The notes beneath the pieces were generated by a model. The model was not told the origin of the DNA, ran no database searches, and saw only the letters and a list, made by a program, of their open reading frames with translations. This document shows, in pieces, positions 56,763-64,000 of a DNA stretch of 64,000 nucleotides. Each line of letters opens with the position of its first letter. Within the stretch, counting starts at the first letter, position 1. The stretch is taken from contig OX597816.1 in the NCBI GenBank assembly GCA_951406725.2, positions 116,126,001 to 116,190,000 on the forward strand, in the 5' to 3' direction. Source of the DNA: Octopus vulgaris (Eukaryota). The translations under genes were made by a program, and so were the position numbers.

Positions 56763-57199
56763 AATTAGACATATCCAATTCGAAGTCATTGACTGTTATA
56801 GTTTCATAACCCAGGTTCCATTTACAAGATACATAATATTTATCAGAGCATACAGTGGCCTACGATAAGTTTTTAGCCACCCTGAATTTTTGCGATTTCA
56901 TAATTTGTAGCATGTTTCTTGCATATTATACTGTATTTTCTCTCATCTTTTGAAGATTAATAGATTTTTCAAATGTTATGTCCCGATGAAAGTGGAGTGA
57001 AGTGCAGAAATTATGAGTTCAAATGAGGGAATCATTTAAAAAACCAAATGCTATGCCTTCCGACCTAATATGACCCAACTGCATTTCCACCAGAACCCCT
57101 CCTAAAACACTTTTCCCCCAAAATTGTGTGTATTCTGAATCTACATAACACAATTTCGTAGACAATTTCATTAGAAATATCAATTTTACTGAAAATTTT

Positions 57200-57771
57200 T
57201 ACTGAAAGTCGGGGTTGCAGAAGTCTGTAGTTATGCCGATTCTAAAATACATAAAATGAGTAGTGCAAGTAAAAAAAACGTTCGTCAATATTCAGAGGAA
57301 TATCTAAAATTTTGATTTATAACCGCTACCCATCATAAACTGTCACCAAGTTATGGGTCAAAAACTCGGATCTTGTGAATTTTCCGAAGTCCTCTCTCCA
57401 CCCCTCGGAAAAGATTTTCCCACAAATTTCTTTATAATCGTAATCTATGTTGGTTGAAAGGTTTTTATATAAAATTTCATTTAAAAAAGACATTTTCCAA
57501 AAAGTTATGAGAGAAAAACTGGGATCTTGTGAATTTTCCGAATCCTCCATCCCCCGCCTCCGCTGATATCAGCGCTTTTTTTTTTTTTCATATTCGTTTC
57601 CTACATATTTGTTTTTACGCCCGTTGCACTATTTTTTTTTTATTTTGTTTCCGGGTAATATTGTAAACATTAACCAAATTTTGAATAACAAAAATTAAAT
57701 ATCACAAGGGGGCAACAGGATTTTAGAAATGGTTCGATGGGGCACGGCCAAAAATCGGTTGGGAATCACTG
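57200..57771 (+). mobile_element. hAT (Charlie/Buster-like) internally deleted remnant
   Basis: At 57257 the sequence reads MSSASKK[fs]VRQYSEEYLKF*FI, like the N-terminus of Buster/Charlie transposases (KxRQYSxEYLKxGF). Terminus GGTTGGGAATCACTG is typical of a hAT TIR. Confidence 0.6.
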
Positions 57772-58563
57772 ATCTAATTGAATATATTTTCGTTGTAAAA
57801 CGTAATTGACGCGTTGATATTTCGTAGATTCGAAAACATAGATTGTTTTAGGTCAGCGTTTACTCTTCTAAAGATTGTTCTAATAGCTATACCAGAAACC
57901 ATTTTGGATGCGTTAATGGTACGTTATATTTGAGGCTGCCTAGGCCGTTATGTTCCGTATGTATCGTATATATTGTACTCCTGCGTTGATTTCAATGTTA
58001 CACTTCCTGCAAATTTCCTGAAATTTCGGCTGTCATTGCACAATATTGTTTTGGCTTACTAAACATATGTTCCTTGACTTATCTGCGAATATGACTAACT
58101 TCGGAAGGAATTATATTGTTTTGTTTGCGCACGCGCGTAGGTTTGTTGGTGGGGGAGGTAATTTGCATAGAAATCGCTATTTCTGCTTTAATTAATACAT
58201 TCTTTATTAAACGAACGCCACAATATTTTTTTGTTTTCTACGTCTATTTTATAGTGTATTAGAGTCCTCTACCACGATTCTTTAGTGATCATTAATCTGA
58301 TCTCCAATAATTAAGCTTTTTATAGCTTACCATTTATGACATATCCCGTTTTCCTAACGTGCGCATTTACGTAAGACATTCTGGACTGAATCAGGATATT
58401 TTTTATACTTTAGAATGAATATTTTAATTTATTTTCGCTCCCAATATTTATGCTTATTGTTTATGTACTTTAATGTATTCAGTATGGCGGGAGCGATAAC
58501 TTGATTTCTTCTAATAACATCAATTTGTCTAACTCTCTTTGGCGTGTACAAAGTCTGATTTTA

Positions 58564-58594
<31 letters not shown>

Positions 58595-60206
58595 ATTTGC
58601 TGATAATGACGTACAGTAGCAAGTGAGATGTTGCAACATTTCTATGCACGATTAAGACCTCTACATATATCAACAAATCCCATTCTTACGTAATAACCAG
58701 GTATGATACTAAATGCCGCAGCATTAAGAACGAAAATGTCTGTGCTTGCAAATTTTCGTTGTTGACGTAGTTACTGTTTTTGGTTTTTTTTACGCTCAAA
58801 TCAGTCCTGAACGAACATGCAAATTATCATAGATTTCCAGCCGTGACCATTCTGCCGTTTTCTTCAGATATCGTCCATCTACTTCTAAGTCATCCAATGT
58901 CTCCTTTCCATTTTAAAGATGTTTCTTGTGGTTTAAGAGACGATTGATTCATTGCAAAAGTGTGAACGTGAGTGCGTGCGAGAAATAAAAAAAAAGTGGT
59001 TTAGTGGTTTGGGTGCATGTGTGTAGGAATGCGTATGAGAGAGAGAGATGGGGGAGAGAGAATGGAGGGGGAGAGAGAGGGGAGATAGAGCGGGGAGATG
59101 GGGGGAGAGTGGGAGAGGGGAGAGAGCGAGAGAGAGAAAGGGAGGCAGCGAGAGGGAGAGAGGAAATTGTGATAAAGAGAAGCAGGAAGAGATATGGAAT
59201 AATTCAATATGAAAACAAATATTTTTATTATGTATATATTGGTCTGTTGTTTTCAACTCTCTCAATGCATGAATCAAGATGAATACTTTGCTACACTCTC
59301 TTCTGCCATGCAAACTATATAAAATGAATATTTTCTCTGCGAATCAAGTAGATGTCGGTTAATATCTTCAAAGTTAAAACCAAACAATTTTATCACAACG
59401 TTTGCCTTATGAAGATAATTCTTGTCATTTCAATAACAGACCAGAAATTAAAAACCAACAAAATCAATCCAGGCATTAAGATACCACTTCAAACTGATAT
59501 AGTCGATATCAACTGCATGGTATAAAGGTAAACACCTAGTCTTTTAGTGTGTTTATTCCTTGACTGTCTCCTCTCTCGGTCTACACATCAAAAACATATA
59601 CTTGAGTACCACTTGCCAATGGTGAATGGGTTTTAACCATCAATCGTTTTAACTTCTATCTTATGATACCATCATTTCAATATATGAACCATTTTTGTTA
59701 CCTTTGTGCGATTAGAGACTTAGTTATTTCTAAGTCCACTTAGCGGTAAAAATCTTTAAAGTTAGAAAGCAATTAAAAAAGATTTTTCTTTGAATTTAAC
59801 AACAACGCCAACAACAACAACAATAATAATAATAACAACAACAACAACGACAACAACAACGACGTAGTTATATTTAAGTGTCTAGCATTTTGTTTCAAGA
59901 ACTTTTTTAAAGTATTTTTTAAAAAATTCATCATAATTATTTCACATCGATGCAAGATTATTTTTATTTACTCCAAATTTTTTATGTATTTTTTGTGGAA
60001 ATATTAGTAAAGACATTTAAATTTTTTTTAAATTCTAATTTTTCTACTAATCCCTTTTGAAAATAAAAATTTATCTTCCAGTTAGACATGCTACTGAAGT
60101 CTTTGCCAGTCCTCATAACTTCAAAATGAATAATTTAAGTATATTTATCACAATTAAATTGAAGATGGTTTATGAGATAGTTTAGGCGATAATAGAGGAG
60201 AGCCAA

Positions 60207-60572
60207 AAAGGCGACGAGCTGGCAGAAACGCTAGCACGCCGGGCGAAATGCGTAGCCGTATTTCGTCTGTCGTTACGTTCTGAGTTCAAATTCCGCCGAG
60301 GTCGACTTTGCCTTTCATCCTTTCGGGGTCGATTAAATAAGTACCAGTTACGTACTGGGGTCGATATAATCGACTTAATCCGTTTGTCTGTCCTTGTTTG
60401 TCTTCTCTGTGGGTAGTAAAGAAATAAGTATTTCGTCTGCCGCTACGTTCTGGGTTCAATTTACGCCGAGGTCAACTTTGCCATTCGAGGGTCGATAAAT
60501 TGAGTACCAGTTGCGTACTGGGGTTGGCTCCTTCCTCAAAAATGTCGGGCCATGTGCCTAGAGTAGAGAAGA
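60207..60572 (+). mobile_element. SINE family A, dimeric copy
   Basis: Head GGCGACGAGCTGGCAGAAACGCTAGC (A-box-like), B-box GAGTTCAAATTCC, duplicated core module, tail GTGCCTAGAGTAGA. Confidence 0.9.
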
Positions 60573-61301
60573 ATAAGAACCATCAGGAATAATAAAGTAA
60601 GAAAGGTTGACTGGTGACTCCTGCTGCCTATGGTTGCTTACGGAATAAGAGCGAGAGAGGGGGAGATAGAAAGAGTTTACTATGGGACGACAGAGAAGGT
60701 GAATTTTCTCCTTAAGGGAGGAGAATCGCTTCTAGGTTATATTTTATCTTTTTTTTTTATTTTGAGAGACCATTTCCCTATGAGTGAAAGAGCATATAAG
60801 GTTTCCATATTTCCTTATTTATTAAACAATGAAACAAAATCCTTTATTCCACACTTAATATATCATCGTTCTTATTTAGAAGTCACTGTATAGCAATATA
60901 GTAATTTTAAGACAACTCTGTGTCTTTATCAATAATGTCCTATCTCATGAAATTTGATCTTCCATCGCCTTCTATCGCAATGACTTATACTAAGATAGCA
61001 TGCACAACAATTTCTTATTTGTTCTCGGTTTATTGATGATAAAAGAAAAACTTCGATCACTTCTGTTAGGCTAATATAATATCATACCTTTAAAATAAAG
61101 CAATATCTCTGATAATTACACAGCAAATGCTTTTTTAAAATTTTATTCAGTTTACAAAAATCTCATCTATGGCATCTGCTCACTTAACTGTCTACACTTG
61201 ATGTCGTTCCTTGCTTCACATTACGTTGTTTTGTAATTGTTATTACACTTTTCATCCTTGTAAAAGAAAAGAAGAAAATTAAAAGACTTTTTTTTCTTTG
61301 A

Positions 61302-61440
61302 AGGAGGCGAGCTAGTAGAATCGTTAGCACGCCGGGACCAATAAGATAGGTACCAGTAAGGTACTGGAGTCGATGTAATTGACTAGTCCCCTCTATCGAA
61401 ATTTCAGGCCCTGTGCCTACAACAGAAAGGGCTATTATTA
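61302..61440 (+). mobile_element. SINE family A, internally deleted
   Basis: Head fused directly to the 3' module, with an (ATT) tail. Confidence 0.75.
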
Positions 61441-61504
61441 TTTTGATTTGTCTCAGGTTCGGTCTTATTTCTGGTAGGGATTCTACTACTACTATTATTA
61501 TTTT

Positions 61505-61535
<31 letters not shown>

Positions 61536-61536
<1 letters not shown>

Positions 61537-61933
61537 AGGTGACGAGCTGGAAGAGTCGTTAGCACGCCGGGCGAAGTGCGTAGCGGTATTTCGCCTGCCG
61601 TTACGTTCTGAGTTCAAATTCCGCCGAGGTCGACTTTGCCTTTCATCCTTTCGGGGTCGATTAAATAAGTACCAGTTACGCACTGGGGTCGATGTAATCG
61701 ACTTAATCCGTTTGTCTGTCCTTGTTTGTCCTCTCTGTGTTTAGCCCCTTGTGGGTAGTAACGAAATAGGTATTTCGAGCTCCCTTACGTTCTGAGTTCA
61801 AATTCCGTCCAGGTCGACTTTGCCTGTCATCCTTCCGGGGTTGATTCATTAAGTACTAGTTACACACTGGGGTCGATGTAATCGACATAATCCCTTCCCC
61901 CAAATTTCTGGCCTTGTGCCTACAGTGGAAAGG

Positions 61934-61935
<2 letters not shown>
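61536..61935 (+). mobile_element. SINE family A, dimeric copy between (TAG)n and (TTA)n
   Basis: Same architecture as 60207-60572. Followed by (TTA)n to about 62004 and a further degenerate copy at 62005-62210. Confidence 0.9.
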
Positions 61936-62005
<70 letters not shown>

Positions 62006-62560
62006 GGCAACTGAGCGTAGAATTCTTAGAGCGTCGAGCAAAATGTTTTGTGGTGTTTCTTCCAATTCATATTCAGCGTTCAAATTCCGTCGCGGTCGAC
62101 TCAGTCTTTCATCACTCGGGGTTGATAAAATCAGTAACTGTTGAGCGGTGGGGACAATGAAATCGATTTTCCCAACACCTAATATTTCTGGTCTTGAACT
62201 AAAATTAGAAAAAACATATTGAAAATGTACTGATGGTAACAACTTTAAGGTAAAATAACTTTGGAATACTGAATTCATACAACATATGTGTATGCTGTAG
62301 GCATGCATATATGTATATGTATGTATATATATATGTGTGTGTGTGTGTGCGCGCGCGCGCGTGCGAGCGCTTATATATATGTATATATATATATATCGTG
62401 ACGCATATTTGCCATTTGAATATGGCTAACCCCTAAGGGTGGATGCTACTGTAGTTTGTAGCCCCAGGAAGATATCTCCTCCAGCTGGCTATAGACACAC
62501 TATCTGTGTCCTCTCAGTATTTGTTAAGGGAGTCATCCTCCCCGTCTTCAACTCATGATA

Positions 62561-62605
62561 CACACGGACCCGAGTTTCAAGGTGTTTACCTTTCATCAGC
62601 GTGTG
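62561..62605 (-). ncRNA. Intact type I hammerhead ribozyme
   Basis: Minus strand: CACACG-CTGATGA-AAGGT aaac ACCTT-GAAA-CTCGG-GTC-CGTGTG. Perfect 6-bp stem I, 5-bp stem II, canonical core, GUC cleavage triplet (predicted cut between 62567 and 62566). Confidence 0.85.
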
Positions 62606-62912
62606 ACAATCATGGTTGTCGACGAGAAGTCAGCTCCCTTCACAAATACATATACTTTTCCCAGTGTCGATTGACACTGATATTGAAAAAGTGAAATCAA
62701 ACAATGATAAATCTCAGAGCGAGTTATAAACAGTAGCGGTAACACATCGTGACGCATATTTGCCATTTGAACATGGCTAACCCCTAAGGGTGGATGCTTC
62801 TGTAGTTTGTAGCCCCAGGAAGATATCTCCTCCAGCTGGCTATAGACACACTATCTGTGTCCTCTCAGTATTTGTGAAGGGGAATCATCCTCCCCGTCTT
62901 CAACTCATGATA

Positions 62913-62947
62913 CACACGGACCCGAGTTTACCTTTCATCAGCGTGTG
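62913..62947 (-). pseudogene. Second hammerhead copy inactivated by a 10-nt deletion
   Basis: GAGTTTCAAGGTGTTTACC in copy 1 becomes GAGTTTACC in copy 2. This removes one strand of stem II and the G of GAAA. Confidence 0.8.
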
Positions 62948-63182
62948 ACAATCATGGTTGTCGACGAGAAGTCAGCTCCCTTCACAAATACATATACTTA
63001 TGTTACCGCTACTGTTTATAACTCGCTCTGAGATTTATCATTATATATATATATATAGTATGTATGTATATATATATATATATATATATACATACATACA
63101 TACACACACACGCACACGCACACACACACGCACACACACACACACACACATATATATATACATATATACACATATATATATA

Positions 63183-63380
63183 GTTAATCCAAATATGAAA
63201 ACACAAAGAGAAAACACAACAACGCGAGGACGTGGAACAAGTATAGTATTATTGGATGCTCAGGAAAGAAGGAGGGTTTAATGTTTCGAGCGGAGCTCTT
63301 CGTCAGAAACATAGGAAAAGGAAAGATCCAAAGAAGAGAAGACGGAGGGAAAAAATCGCCAACGGTACACACGCGGTCGA
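63183..63380 (-). mobile_element. Penelope-like terminal-repeat segment with minimal hammerhead
   Basis: Similar layout to 39520-39760 (..GCTCAGGAAA..TTTAA.GTTTCGAGC..GCTCTTC..CAGAAA). Confidence 0.55.
63276..63310 (-). ncRNA. Minimal type I hammerhead motif
   Basis: Minus strand: GTTT CTGACGA a GAGC tcc GCTC GAAA CAT TA AAC. Canonical CUGANGA and GAAA, with one mismatch in the stem III palindrome. Confidence 0.6.
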
Positions 63381-63595
63381 CAACATAAGAATGAATAAGA
63401 CCTCGATATGATGTAAAATAGAGGAATTTATCTATAAATATAACATGTGACAATTAGTTTGTTGTCATATTTTTTACCTAAAAGAACCTTGGTAATAAAG
63501 ACATGAGAAATGGAGCGAAGTTGGGTCCAAGGGTCTTTGTTTCCTCCGTGCCTTTCACCATCAATATATACATACTTACACACACACACACACAC

Positions 63596-63644
<49 letters not shown>

Positions 63645-63687
63645 TATACATACACACACACAGATATATATATACATATATATATAT

Positions 63688-63718
<31 letters not shown>

Positions 63719-63854
63719 AATGTATGTGTGTGCATACATACAACGTGTGTGTGCTTGTGTGTGTGTGTTTGTGTGTCAGCGCACGCGCGTTTTAGTAGAT
63801 TCATTGACTGACAGATTTCATCAGTGAAAAAAGTAAGAAAATAATGAAGATATC

Positions 63855-63936
63855 GAAGAAGAAGAAGAAGAAGAAGAAGAAGAAGAAGAAGAAGAAGAAG
63901 AAGAAGAAGAAGAAGAAGAAGAAGAAGAAGAAGAAG
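63855..63936. repeat. (GAA)n tract
   Basis: Directly visible. Confidence 0.95.
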
Positions 63937-64000
63937 ATTAATGTTAATGATGATCATGATTATGACGACGATGGAGAATGAGAATGAGGAGGAAGAGAAG

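Larger units (their letters stand above)
62395..63042 (-). mobile_element. Hammerhead-containing tandem repeat (351-bp period) with a 42-bp perfect inverted duplication; Penelope pLTR or non-LTR retrozyme-like
   Basis: Unit 1 is 62395-62745 and partial unit 2 is 62746-63000 (near-identical). 62703-62744 is exactly reverse-complemented at 63001-63042. Flanked by (TA)n on both sides. Confidence 0.8.

Noticed and set aside
60207-60300. tRNA gene
   Set aside because: Has A/B-box-like motifs but no cloverleaf. It is the head of a multi-copy SINE.

Overview
AT-rich, microsatellite-dense eukaryotic DNA with no host protein-coding gene I can support. Almost all ORFs in the track are translations of simple repeats. 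The SINE families and repeat landscape look like an octopus/coleoid cephalopod intergenic or intronic region (inference). Recognisable content: (1) a young, 5'-truncated R4/Dong-clade non-LTR retrotransposon (RT, CCHC knuckle, restriction-like endonuclease) at 15365-17845, inserted in a (TAA)n tract and carrying only one stop and one frameshift; (2) a decayed Penelope-like element (RT + GIY-YIG) on the minus strand at about 36950-39440; (3) a full-length decayed mariner (46471-47764) plus mariner/Tc1 and hAT fragments; (4) many tRNA-derived SINE copies from at least three families; (5) a U6 snRNA retro-pseudogene fused to a SINE 3' tail. The most interesting signal is a set of type I hammerhead-ribozyme motifs, often inside tandem or inverted repeats. 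One is intact (62561-62605, minus strand) in a 351-bp tandem unit and about six more are variant or degenerate. This points to a Penelope-pLTR/retrozyme-like family of small self-cleaving retroelements. Several long fold-back structures are also present.
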